Source: Bacteriovoracia bacterium
GTDB lineage: Bacteria > Bdellovibrionota > Bacteriovoracia > Bacteriovoracales > Bacteriovoracaceae
Assembly (NCBI GenBank): GCA_046570105.1
Contig: JBKHVI010000033.1
Coordinates: forward strand, 1-31,105
DNA length: 31,105 nt
Direction of reading: 5' to 3'
The number at the start of each line of letters is the position of its first letter. Positions within the stretch are counted from its first letter, which is position 1. A program made the translations under genes and the position numbers. The notes under the pieces were generated by a model. It had not been told where the DNA came from and ran no database searches. It worked only from the letters and a program-made list of their open reading frames with translations. Shown here piece by piece: positions 1 through 8,348 of this stretch.

Positions 1-157
1 AGGGACCAAGAATAAAAGGCCCCAGAATAATACCGGCGAGGATTTCTCCAATCAGTTTAGGTTGTTTGATTTTTTCAAATGCAAAACCTAATGCATGAAC
101 AGCTAGTAACAAAAGGCAAACAGTGAAAACGAAGGAGCCCGTTTCTTGTCCTGTCAT
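1..157 (-). CDS. cation:proton antiporter (CPA/Kef family), 5' part only; runs off the window start
   Basis: Manual translation gives MTGQETGSFVFTVCLLLLAVHALGFAFEKIKQPKLIGEILAGIILGPFILG, with the typical CPA 'P..IGEILAGIILGP' motif. Its ATG (155-157) overlaps the TGA (154-156) of the upstream gene. Confidence 0.8.
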   Translation of the reverse strand, partial: MTGQETGSFVFTVCLLLLAVHALGFAFEKIKQPKLIGEILAGIILGPFILGP

Positions 158-1359
158 GCTGTGGGTGCTTCGCTGGAAGAATTTGATTTAATCTCAACTA
201 ATGCAATGGCCACTGATGAAACTAAAATGGATAAAAAGACGACGGCATAGGTAATGGATTCGATCATCTCATATCCTGGCATTTTGACTGACGCCGGAAG
301 ACTCGCAAGAACTGCAGCGGCAAGTCCTTTAGGGATAAGGAGCGACATGATGCGAGCTTCTCGAGCGGCAAGGTCGGGTTGCATCACTTTAGTGAAGAGG
401 AAACGCAGCAGGTAAGCTCCCATAATAATCAACGCCGCGATCACAAAAGGAACGATGTGTGTGATTTTCATACTCACACCCAAGAAGATAAAAAAGAAAG
501 TCTTAAGGATAAAAACCAGTTCTTCATAAAAGTTTTTATCGCGATCGGTGATCGTTTGGTACTTATCGATTTTATCAATGAATTTGTAAAAACCAATTTG
601 GCGATGATTAGAAAGCGTTAGACCTAAGGCCAAAGAAGCAATGGCGCCACTAAAACCTAAAAATTCAGTCAGTCCATAAACAGAGAATACAAAAGCGACC
701 GTTGGAAAAACAGTTCGGTTAATACGAGTGATGAATTCACTGAAATAAAGCCAAATACCACCAGCGCCTAGACCGATAGCAATCGCAAAAACGAAACTCG
801 CCAGAGTGCTCCCAATCACTTGCCCAGGATGAACACCGCCACTGGTAGCAATTTGAATCATGGCAACAGTACCAATAATACAGGTTACGTCCGTGATCGC
901 TGATTCCAGGATCAACATATTGGTGGTTTTGTCAGTTAGGCCCAAAATTTTGGCCATCGGGATAACAACTGCCGACGATGTACCAGAAATAATAATACCT
1001 AAAGTGAGTGCTGAGACGATACTTAGGTCAGCGAGATAAACTCCTGCCAGTGCTCCTAGCACCACGGTCATTAAAGCTGTGGCGAGTGTGAGTTTGTAAC
1101 CTGAGCTAAGCGCCTCGATTGTTCCTTTAAGATCCATCAAAAGCCCTGACTCAAACATGATCAGCACGAGGGCCATGGTTGAGATAACACCACCGACTGC
1201 GCCAAATTGTTCGATGTTAATGATCCCTAAAACAGGGCCCACCACAATTCCCATTGCCATGAGTACAAGTACGTCGGGAATTTTGGTGCGAGTGAAAGTG
1301 AGCGATAAATACTTGGCCAAGAAGTACATCAGTCCAATCGTAAAGATGATGAGTGCCAT
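154..1359 (-). CDS. cation:proton antiporter (Na_H_Exchanger family, NhaP-like)
   Basis: 401 aa, about 12 hydrophobic segments; motifs IPDVLVL..GIVVGP, TSSAVV, LESAITD, PKGLAAAVLA; AAGGAG SD upstream. Confidence 0.88.
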   Translation of the reverse strand: MALIIFTIGLMYFLAKYLSLTFTRTKIPDVLVLMAMGIVVGPVLGIINIEQFGAVGGVISTMALVLIMFESGLLMDLKGTIEALSSGYKLTLATALMTVVLGALAGVYLADLSIVSALTLGIIISGTSSAVVIPMAKILGLTDKTTNMLILESAITDVTCIIGTVAMIQIATSGGVHPGQVIGSTLASFVFAIAIGLGAGGIWLYFSEFITRINRTVFPTVAFVFSVYGLTEFLGFSGAIASLALGLTLSNHRQIGFYKFIDKIDKYQTITDRDKNFYEELVFILKTFFFIFLGVSMKITHIVPFVIAALIIMGAYLLRFLFTKVMQPDLAAREARIMSLLIPKGLAAAVLASLPASVKMPGYEMIESITYAVVFLSILVSSVAIALVEIKSNSSSEAPTA

Positions 1360-1445
1360 CTAAAAGTCTCCTTGAGCGTTATTTAAGAATGATCTTAGGA
1401 GTGAGACAATTGGGCAAGTTCTCTCGATGGGAGAGAGCGTTAATA

Positions 1446-2396
1446 CTAACGTTCGCCAGCAAAAAGGGTCTCAAGTTGGAAGAGAATAGAGGGGGCCCGG
1501 CGAAAACTTTCACGCTTTGGAAAGTCGAGCGTAGGACCAACTTCAGCAAAGAGCCATTGGCCTTTAAGATTTCTGCGGTAAGCGACACCGACAGAGTAGT
1601 TATTAACGTACCAAGCTTCATCAACTCGTGTACTCATTCTGAGGTTATATGAGATTGCGTCGTTGTCGGTAATATCTTGAATGATACTCGGACCGTGATT
1701 GGTACTAAAGTTTTTGTCGGTAATAAGCCAGTTCTGTTCATTACTAAGTCGAAAGAGTAAATCATCTGCCAGCGCGTGATCATGAAACAAAGTTATTTCT
1801 TGGGTGACGCCTTGGTCGCTGAACCATGCAAGTTCAGTTTCAAAACGTTGCACCAACCATGACCACCGCCAGTTTTTACGTAATCGTGAACGGGCGAATA
1901 CGATGGGCGGGTAAGCAACATTAAGACCCACATCTGAGCGAAAGCGCCAAGGTTCCTTCTCTTCTTGTTCCTCTTTTTTTTCCCGAGCTATTTTTTCTTT
2001 AGGAGTGGTACTTGTCTCAGTGGGCTCGTTCTTTCGAACAGAAAAACGAAACATTTTCTCTAAATTGGGTAAACGCAGATTGAAACGTACTTGCGAATCG
2101 CTTAATGGTTTTTTCTCCATGCGTACTCGATAGTCATAAGTCAAACGAATCGAAGAACGGTTGAGTTCGTCATCGGCTCGTTGTTCACCAAACAAAGAAT
2201 CGAGTCGGTTAGCAAGGCCGATGAGGTTATTAGTAATCGTGTTACGTGTTGAATCAATGAGGTCTGGTCGAGTAGTCGACGTTTCAGCTTTGACAACAGA
2301 ATTTGCCAAACAGCAAAAAATTAAAACTGTGCCAAAAAGGGAATACATACCAATAGTTAAGCACGAAATAGGAAACTTGGTAGAGTAAAAGCTCAA
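1446..2396 (-). CDS. hypothetical exported, possibly outer-membrane beta-barrel protein (start may be 2348)
   Basis: 316-aa ORF; signal-peptide-like segment from M17; C-terminal half has alternating amphipathic strands with Trp/Tyr/Phe. Confidence 0.6.
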   Translation of the reverse strand: MSFYSTKFPISCLTIGMYSLFGTVLIFCCLANSVVKAETSTTRPDLIDSTRNTITNNLIGLANRLDSLFGEQRADDELNRSSIRLTYDYRVRMEKKPLSDSQVRFNLRLPNLEKMFRFSVRKNEPTETSTTPKEKIAREKKEEQEEKEPWRFRSDVGLNVAYPPIVFARSRLRKNWRWSWLVQRFETELAWFSDQGVTQEITLFHDHALADDLLFRLSNEQNWLITDKNFSTNHGPSIIQDITDNDAISYNLRMSTRVDEAWYVNNYSVGVAYRRNLKGQWLFAEVGPTLDFPKRESFRRAPSILFQLETLFAGER

Positions 2397-2465
2397 AAAA
2401 GCTGATTTAGCTCATCCCGCGGAATCAGCAGGACATCGATACTGTCTCAACCAAAGGAGACACTC

Positions 2466-4013
2466 ATGTCAGCACGGCCGCAAAGTATTCAAGATAAGGA
2501 AGTCAATGTTCTCAATTCAACGGATGAATTACTGGGGCTATTAGAAAACTCCCCGAGTAACATTATGTATTGCGATCGTGATTTGATTATTCGCTACATG
2601 ACTCCTCAGAGTCTTAAAACTCTTAAAGAACTGGAACAGTACCTACCTATTAAAGTGGATCAAGTGGTAGGCAGTAAGATTGATGTGTTTCACAAATCAC
2701 CTGCGCATCAGCAGAAAATTTTGAGCAACGTAAATAACTTGCCCATCAAATCAATTATTGAGTTGGGGCCAGAAAAGTTAGAGTTGTTTGTGACAGCAAT
2801 CTTTGACAAGAATCGCCAATACGTGGGGGCGATGGTGAATTGGGAAGTGGTGACGGAAAAAATTCGCAATCAAGATGAGATGGCGCGCATCTATTCTATG
2901 GTTGAAAACGCACCGATGAATATTATGTGCTGTGATTTAACCGGTGTGATCACTTATCTTAATCCGAAATCAATTACGACTCTCAAAAGTCTTGAGCGCT
3001 TCATTCCCATGAAAGCGGATCAAATTAAAGGCATGAGTTTTGATGCTTTTCACAAGAATCCTGCTCATCAGAGGAAATTCATATCAAATGTGAAGAATCT
3101 CCCACATCGCACGATGATTAGTATTGGTGACCAAAAACTCGATCTTTATATCTCGGCCATGAAAGATTCAAAGGGCAATTACATCGGCCCGATGGTGGTG
3201 TGGGATATCGTTACAAAAAAAGTAAATCTCCTTGATACCCTAACGACGCAATTGGGGCGCTCAGCAGAAGAGCTCTCTAAAACGGCTCAAATTATGTCGG
3301 ATAGTACTTTAAAAACGACCGAAGATTCTAAGCATGCCACTAAAGATGCTGAAAATGTTGCTGATGGTGTGCGCACGATGACAGTGAGTACTGAAGAGAT
3401 GGTGGCATCGATTAAAGAGATCGCGCGCTCATCAAGTGAAGCGGCACGCATGAGTCGCGAAGCGCTTCAGCAAACGACAGACGCCAATATTACTGTCTCT
3501 GAACTGGGTAAGGCTTCGGCAGAGATTGGTAATGTTATCAAAGTCATTAGTTCGATTGCTCAACAAACAAATCTTTTGGCCTTGAATGCGACCATTGAGG
3601 CGGCTCGTGCTGGAGATGCTGGCAAAGGCTTCTCTGTTGTAGCGAACGAAGTAAAAGAATTGGCAAAACAAACGGCGAAAGCCACGGAAGATATCGCTCA
3701 AAAAATCACGGCGATTCAGTCTTCTACGACCAGTGCGATTCATGTGATCGATCAAATTCAAGGTAAGGTTAATGAGATCAGTGGCATCGCAGGGAGTATC
3801 GCTACGGCAGTTGAAGAGCAAACGGCAGTCACCAACGAAGTTGCTCGTGTCGTTCAGACATCAGATAAATCAGTCAGTAGCGTAGTGGAGACTTTCCGAG
3901 GAATTACTCATGCGGCCGAACAGAATTACAAAGGTTCACAAGAAGTGCTGAGTAATTCGAATTCGATGTTGGAATTAGTAGAAAACGTGAAAGAGCTCGC
4001 CAAAGAAATTTAA
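2466..4013 (+). CDS. soluble methyl-accepting chemotaxis protein with two PAS domains (Aer2-like)
   Basis: MCP signalling motif [37 protein letters not shown]; two tandem PAS repeats ([10 protein letters not shown]...VNWEVVT and [10 protein letters not shown]...VVWDIVT); no TM helix; AAGGAG SD. Confidence 0.93.
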   Translation: MSARPQSIQDKEVNVLNSTDELLGLLENSPSNIMYCDRDLIIRYMTPQSLKTLKELEQYLPIKVDQVVGSKIDVFHKSPAHQQKILSNVNNLPIKSIIELGPEKLELFVTAIFDKNRQYVGAMVNWEVVTEKIRNQDEMARIYSMVENAPMNIMCCDLTGVITYLNPKSITTLKSLERFIPMKADQIKGMSFDAFHKNPAHQRKFISNVKNLPHRTMISIGDQKLDLYISAMKDSKGNYIGPMVVWDIVTKKVNLLDTLTTQLGRSAEELSKTAQIMSDSTLKTTEDSKHATKDAENVADGVRTMTVSTEEMVASIKEIARSSSEAARMSREALQQTTDANITVSELGKASAEIGNVIKVISSIAQQTNLLALNATIEAARAGDAGKGFSVVANEVKELAKQTAKATEDIAQKITAIQSSTTSAIHVIDQIQGKVNEISGIAGSIATAVEEQTAVTNEVARVVQTSDKSVSSVVETFRGITHAAEQNYKGSQEVLSNSNSMLELVENVKELAKEI

Positions 4014-4017
4014 GAGC

Positions 4018-4052
4018 AAAAAAAAAGCCCCGCTTTTCAGCGGGGCTTTTTA
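4018..4052. terminator. bidirectional intrinsic terminator between the MCP gene and the tRNA pair
   Basis: A-tract, GCCCCGCT-TTTC-AGCGGGGC, T-tract. Confidence 0.85.
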
Positions 4053-4058
4053 TATACT

Positions 4059-4136
4059 TGGTAGTCCCATGGGGATTCGAACCCCAGTTACCGCCGTGAA
4101 AAGGCGATGTCCTAGACCGGGCTAGACGATGGGACC
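4059..4136 (-). tRNA. tRNA-Glu (anticodon UUC)
   Basis: Reverse complement folds as a cloverleaf: acceptor GGTCCCA/TGGGACT, anticodon arm TCGCC-TTTTCAC-GGCGG, GTTCGAATC T-loop, encoded CCA. Confidence 0.95.
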
Positions 4137-4163
4137 AAAACGTAACAAATTCAAGATTTTAAG

Positions 4164-4240
4164 TGGTGATCTCGGGGTGACTCGAACACCCGACCCTCTC
4201 ATTAAAAGTGAGATGCTCTAACCAACTGAGCTACGAGACC
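4164..4240 (-). tRNA. tRNA-Lys (anticodon UUU)
   Basis: Acceptor GGTCTCG/CGAGATC, D-arm TAGCTCAGTTGGTTAGAGC, anticodon arm TCTCA-CTTTTAA-TGAGA, GTTCGAGTC T-loop, encoded CCA. Confidence 0.95.
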
Positions 4241-4262
4241 ATTCTTAAAAAACAGAGACCCT

Positions 4263-4291
4263 AAGTTAAGTGGACAGGAATTCTTCGTCAA
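4263..4291 (-). promoter_or_regulatory. sigma70-type promoter of tRNA-Lys/tRNA-Glu
   Basis: Minus strand TTGACG-N17-TAACTT. Confidence 0.7.
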
Positions 4292-4334
4292 GGGCATTTT
4301 GCCAAAGTTTTAAGCCTAATTTACATATGGCCTT

Positions 4335-4363
4335 TGGACAAAATCCCGCCTGTGCCATAGATT
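4335..4363 (+). promoter_or_regulatory. sigma70-type promoter of mtaB
   Basis: TGGACA-N17-TAGATT, 9 nt before the ATG; no SD. Confidence 0.55.
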
Positions 4364-4372
4364 CCCCTCACA

Positions 4373-5686
4373 ATGAATACAATCCAACAATCCTCTACAA
4401 AACGTGTTGTATTGCACACGCTAGGATGCCGGCTCAATTTCTCTGAGACGGGTTCAATTGCCCAGGGCTTTGTTGATCGTGGCTATGAAATTGTTGAGAT
4501 GGGCCAGCCGGCCGACTTAGTTTTTCTCAACACCTGTACAGTCACAGATGGTGCCGATAGCACCTGTCGTAATCTTATTCGTAAAGCGCGCTCGAGCTCT
4601 CCTGACGCCAAGATAGTCGTGGCTGGCTGCTACGCTCAGATGGAAGCCGAAAAGATCCGCAAAATGGAAGGAGTCGATCTTATTCTGGGTACTTCTGAGA
4701 AATACCGTGTGTTTGATCACCTCGATCGACTGGACGATGATTCAGAGGAAGAAACCCAGGTTCATATTGATAAATCCGATGAGTTTTGGGGCGCTTCTAC
4801 TTCGTTGGCCGATACACACACACGTGCTTTTTTGAAAATTCAGGATGGCTGCAACTACGTTTGTAGTTTCTGTATCATTCCATTCGCTCGTGGCCGCTCA
4901 CGGACTCAGCCAATTAAAGACGTGATCGCAGAGGCCAAAAAACTCCTCGAGCAGGGCTTTAAAGAAGTTGTGCTTACAGGAGTTAATGTTGGTGAGTATG
5001 AATCGACGTCTGGCGAGAAGCTCTCTGAGCTTTGCCGCGAGCTAACAGAGCTCAAGGGCCTCGAGCGCTTGCGACTTTCGTCAGTCGAGCCCAATACCAT
5101 CACTAAAGAACTGCTAGAGGTCTTAAAAGCTTCCGGTAAATATATGGATCATTTCCATATCCCGCTGCAAAGTGGCAGTGATGCAGTGTTGAAAAATATG
5201 CGTCGTAAGTATGACTCGTCTCGTTACAAAGAAGTTCTCGCCATGGTGAAGGACTTTTTCCCAAAAGCTGCCATTGGCGCCGATATAATAGCCGGCTTTC
5301 CGGGTGAAACCGAAGAGCAGTTCTTGTCGACCTTTAACCTGCTTCGTGAAGGGCCTGTGACTCACTTTCACGTTTTCCCGTTTTCTAAGCGACAAAACAC
5401 CACGGCCGCCAAGCTTCCTGATCAAATTTCGAGTGCTGAGAAAAAACGCCGGGTGCGCGATCTGATTATGTTGGGTGAGGCGAAGCTGGATAACTTTGCC
5501 CGCGAGTTAAGTGGTGAACGTATCAACGTACTGTTTGAAAGCCAGAAAGATGGTTGGTGGGAAGGGCACGCTCCGCACTTTATAAAGGTGCGCGTGCGTT
5601 CAAGTGCAGATTTAAGTAATCAAATCATGCCAGTCACAGTGATGAGTTGGAATGGACTTCACCTCGAAGGCATTCTCTCTCACTAA
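4373..5686 (+). CDS. mtaB: tRNA t6A37 methylthiotransferase MtaB
   Basis: UPF0004 N-terminus (TLGCRLNFSE, NTCTVT, GCYAQ); radical SAM motif CNYVCSFC followed by IIPFARG; HVFPFSKR; C-terminal TRAM-like region. Confidence 0.92.
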   Translation: MNTIQQSSTKRVVLHTLGCRLNFSETGSIAQGFVDRGYEIVEMGQPADLVFLNTCTVTDGADSTCRNLIRKARSSSPDAKIVVAGCYAQMEAEKIRKMEGVDLILGTSEKYRVFDHLDRLDDDSEEETQVHIDKSDEFWGASTSLADTHTRAFLKIQDGCNYVCSFCIIPFARGRSRTQPIKDVIAEAKKLLEQGFKEVVLTGVNVGEYESTSGEKLSELCRELTELKGLERLRLSSVEPNTITKELLEVLKASGKYMDHFHIPLQSGSDAVLKNMRRKYDSSRYKEVLAMVKDFFPKAAIGADIIAGFPGETEEQFLSTFNLLREGPVTHFHVFPFSKRQNTTAAKLPDQISSAEKKRRVRDLIMLGEAKLDNFARELSGERINVLFESQKDGWWEGHAPHFIKVRVRSSADLSNQIMPVTVMSWNGLHLEGILSH

Positions 5687-6459
5687 GCCGCTTTAATAAA
5701 TGTTCTCATTCGTTGATAAGAATTAAGTAAGCGCTTGTGCTGACCTTGGATCATTTTTTGAAACCACTCAGGCTTTCCTTCAATTTCTTTAAGGAGTGCG
5801 CCTTGGGGATAAACAGTCACTTCTACCGGGCCTATCGCTTTGGCGGTGAAATAGCGAAACTGAGATTCAAGTGGAGCGATCTCACCTAAGAATTCACCTT
5901 CCTCAAGAGTATCGATTAATACTTCCTGAGCATTCGAAAATTCTTTGTAGATACCGATCTGGCCTTTCAGAATGACCATGGCGTCTGCACCTGCATCTCC
6001 TTCTCTAAAAATAAATGAACCGGGTTCAAAACTTTTGTAAAAAGGATTGGCCGCGACTGGTGCTACTTTTGTGGTGGCATCTTTAGTCACCACCACTTCT
6101 GCCAAACTACGTACTCGTTGAACGAGTTCATAACCTTGTGATGGTTTTGAGAGGCGATAAAGTGATTTAATATTTTTGAGAGGCAGTGGTAGCTCGTCGA
6201 GATGAGCACTATAAATCAACACGGGAGTTTCGTGCTTAATCAAACGTCGATACTCTTGAATAAAACGAATGCCATCCATCTTAGGCATTTTGATATCGGA
6301 TACGACGACATCAAATTTTTGATTTTGTGCTTTTAACAAACCCTCTGATCCATCTTTTGCCGTGACGAGGAGAAACTCTTTGGGATCAAAAAGCATCTTC
6401 ACCATTTCTAAGAGATCAATATTATCATCAACCATTAATACAGACTTGCGCGTGAGCAT
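5683..6459 (-). CDS. response-regulator receiver fused to a cyclic-nucleotide-binding domain
   Basis: REC motifs VDD, SDIKMPKMDG, YSA, LSKP; C-terminal cNMP motifs IFREGD, GEFLGEIA...RYFTA; no obvious HTH. Confidence 0.85.
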   Translation of the reverse strand: MLTRKSVLMVDDNIDLLEMVKMLFDPKEFLLVTAKDGSEGLLKAQNQKFDVVVSDIKMPKMDGIRFIQEYRRLIKHETPVLIYSAHLDELPLPLKNIKSLYRLSKPSQGYELVQRVRSLAEVVVTKDATTKVAPVAANPFYKSFEPGSFIFREGDAGADAMVILKGQIGIYKEFSNAQEVLIDTLEEGEFLGEIAPLESQFRYFTAKAIGPVEVTVYPQGALLKEIEGKPEWFQKMIQGQHKRLLNSYQRMRTFIKAA

Positions 6460-6484
6460 TATGCCTCCATGGAATCCTCCTATT

Positions 6485-6511
6485 TTATCGAACTTCTGTG
6501 CAGCAACTTAA
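6485..6511 (-). promoter_or_regulatory. sigma28 (FliA)-like promoter of the REC-cNMP gene
   Basis: Minus strand TTAA-N15-TTCGATAA, compared with the consensus TAAA-N15-GCCGATAA. Confidence 0.55.
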
Positions 6512-6655
6512 CAAAAGTGAAATAAATTATGATTGGTAAGAGAAGGATAAATTATTAAGGCGTAGAAAATAATTACATCGCTAAGTCTGTGAGTTCTGAT
6601 GGGACAAAACGAAGATTATTGGGAGAGAAAAAGATGATTAAAATGACTGCCAAAT

Positions 6656-6692
6656 AAAAGGCGCAAGATCAGAGCTTAATCTTGCGCCTTTT
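6656..6692 (-). terminator. intrinsic terminator of purA
   Basis: AAAAGGCGCAAGAT/ATCTTGCGCCTTTT inverted repeat immediately after the purA stop. Confidence 0.8.
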
Positions 6693-6696
6693 CAGT

Positions 6697-7965
6697 TTAG
6701 AAATAGTCTTTTCTGAATTTGATCTGTTCACGGTCAGGGCCAAAGGCGGCGATACCCACTGGGATTTTGAGCTCTTTTTCAATCAGCTCCATATAGGCAT
6801 TAAGTTCTGGAGAGAGAGTCTCGCCCTTGAAATCATCAGTGAATGGTTTGAGATCGCGGTAAATTGGTTTTACTTTCGCAAGATCCATTCCAGGACGAGC
6901 GGTCGTGAATTTTTGGCCTTCATATTCATAGGCTTCGCAAACTTTTAAAACAGTCATGCCTGAAAGGATATCGAGTTTTGTGAGGGCCAAGGATGTGAGT
7001 GATGAACATTGAATGGCATAACGAAGAAGTGGCAGATCAAGCCAGCCGCAACGACGAACTCGGCCAGTCGTGGCGCCAAATTCGCTACCGGTTTTTTGAA
7101 TATAGGCGCCGACTTCATCGAAGAGTTCAGTCGGGAAGGGGCCTTCGCCAACGCGTGTGGTGTAGGCCTTACAGATGCCCAACACTTCGTTCACCACACC
7201 TTTGTTGGTTCCGGCACCGGTGTGAACACCAGCGACTGTCGTTGAAGAGGAAGTCACGTAGGGATAAGTTCCATAGTCCACATCCAAGAGCGCACCTTGC
7301 GCGCCTTCATAGAGAACTTTTTTACCTTTGGCGAGAGCGTCTTGGAGGATTCCAAAAGCATCACCAATAAATTCTTTCATCTCTTGTCCCAAAGCATAGA
7401 GACGCTCGGTCTCAGCTTCGACTGTGGGAGCTGTGATGCCGTATTTTTTCTCGAGTAGGAAAATCTTCTCGTCAGAAGTTTCTTTGAGGCGTTTATGAAG
7501 TTGGTCTTTATTTAAAAGATCTTTTACGCGCACACCACGACGACCGATCTTATCTTCGTAAGAGGGACCAATCCCTTTTCCAGTAGTTCCGATTTTAACT
7601 GGCCCCTGGCCTTCGCGAGCAGCATCAATCAATTTGTGCCACGAAGTGATGACAGCAGTGTTTTCTGAAACTAAAAGATTTTTTCCGGTGACCGGAATAT
7701 GAGCGCGGACATTTTGAATTTCTTTTAGGAAGGCTTCGGGCTCAAGCACCACACCGTGACCGACAACAGATAAACAGTGAGGATGAAGAATGCCTGATGG
7801 TACCAAGTGCAGAACAATCTTGGTGCCGTTGACCCAAATGGTGTGACCGGCGTTGTTGCCACCTTGGTAGCGCACAACCAAATCGGCTTTTTTCGACAGT
7901 AGATCCGTGATTTTCCCCTTACCCTCATCACCCCATTGCGCGCCGATAATCGCCAGTGTCTGCAT
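6697..7965 (-). CDS. purA: adenylosuccinate synthetase
   Basis: GAQWGDEGKGK, GGNNAGHT, EGAQGALLDVDYGTYPYVTSS, TTRVGEGPFPTE and GATTGRVRRCGWLD motifs. Confidence 0.98.
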   Translation of the reverse strand: MQTLAIIGAQWGDEGKGKITDLLSKKADLVVRYQGGNNAGHTIWVNGTKIVLHLVPSGILHPHCLSVVGHGVVLEPEAFLKEIQNVRAHIPVTGKNLLVSENTAVITSWHKLIDAAREGQGPVKIGTTGKGIGPSYEDKIGRRGVRVKDLLNKDQLHKRLKETSDEKIFLLEKKYGITAPTVEAETERLYALGQEMKEFIGDAFGILQDALAKGKKVLYEGAQGALLDVDYGTYPYVTSSSTTVAGVHTGAGTNKGVVNEVLGICKAYTTRVGEGPFPTELFDEVGAYIQKTGSEFGATTGRVRRCGWLDLPLLRYAIQCSSLTSLALTKLDILSGMTVLKVCEAYEYEGQKFTTARPGMDLAKVKPIYRDLKPFTDDFKGETLSPELNAYMELIEKELKIPVGIAAFGPDREQIKFRKDYF

Positions 7966-8006
7966 AACTCACCTTTGTTTGAGAATGATTGGAGAAAAAC
8001 AGCACG

Positions 8007-8035
8007 ATTATAGGGGCGGGGTTAAATGAAGTGAA
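8007..8035 (-). promoter_or_regulatory. sigma70-type promoter of purA
   Basis: Minus strand TTCACT-N17-TATAAT. Confidence 0.6.
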
Positions 8036-8043
8036 GGGAGTGT

Positions 8044-8244
8044 TAGAAAAAAAGATTTCTCCAGTTATTCATTGTTGTATTCGAATATTCGAGTGAAGTC
8101 CGAAGCGCATCATTGAGAGCAATAAATAAAATTCTCTTGAGGACGTCTCGAGCTTTCTATGCAGAAATTTAATTCATCCTGGCTTTAGCTTTATTGTTTT
8201 AACAAGACCTTGCGCCAGGATGAGACTCGAATATTCGAAAACTT
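8044..8244 (+). mobile_element. putative non-autonomous (MITE-like) relative of the RAYT-like element at 17144-17937
   Basis: Right part 8171-8244 aligns without gaps to 17864-17937; left motif TAGAAAAAA-N5-TCTCCAGT resembles 17144-17164 (N4); no ORF of note; lies between the purA promoter and a terminator. Confidence 0.55.
8171..8227. repeat. structured repeat, copy 1 (hairpin with internal loop)
   Basis: Stem TCATCCTGGC (8174-8183)/GCCAGGATGA (8214-8223), inner hairpin TTGT-TTTA-ACAA; 43/57 identical to 17864-17920. Confidence 0.9.
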
Positions 8245-8272
8245 GAATGTTTGAAATGTTTTTAAGTGCACC

Positions 8273-8311
8273 AAAAAAAAACCGGAGAAGTGCTGTGCGC
8301 AAATCTCCGGT
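8273..8311 (-). terminator. intrinsic terminator of the 114-aa gene
   Basis: Minus strand ACCGGAGA...TCTCCGGT followed by a long T-tract. Confidence 0.75.
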
Positions 8312-8348
8312 CTAAAGGCCCACATCTTCTGGGAGGAAAGATGGTGGC

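Noticed and set aside
2411..2445. Sigma28 promoter for the MCP gene (ATCGATAC)
   Set aside because: No TAAA/TCAA-like -35 at the expected spacing.
4059..4240. tRNAs as an integration site for a genomic island
   Set aside because: No integrase, and no duplicated tRNA 3' end was seen in the window.
6512..6655. AT-rich orphan intergenic DNA with ATAAATTAT twice (6522-6530, 6547-6555)
   Set aside because: Low-complexity match; no stable structure and no clear similarity to the element ends.
6660..6688. purA terminator shares CTTGCGCC with the structured repeat
   Set aside because: Short match adequately explained as a terminator stem; the scaffold blocks are absent.
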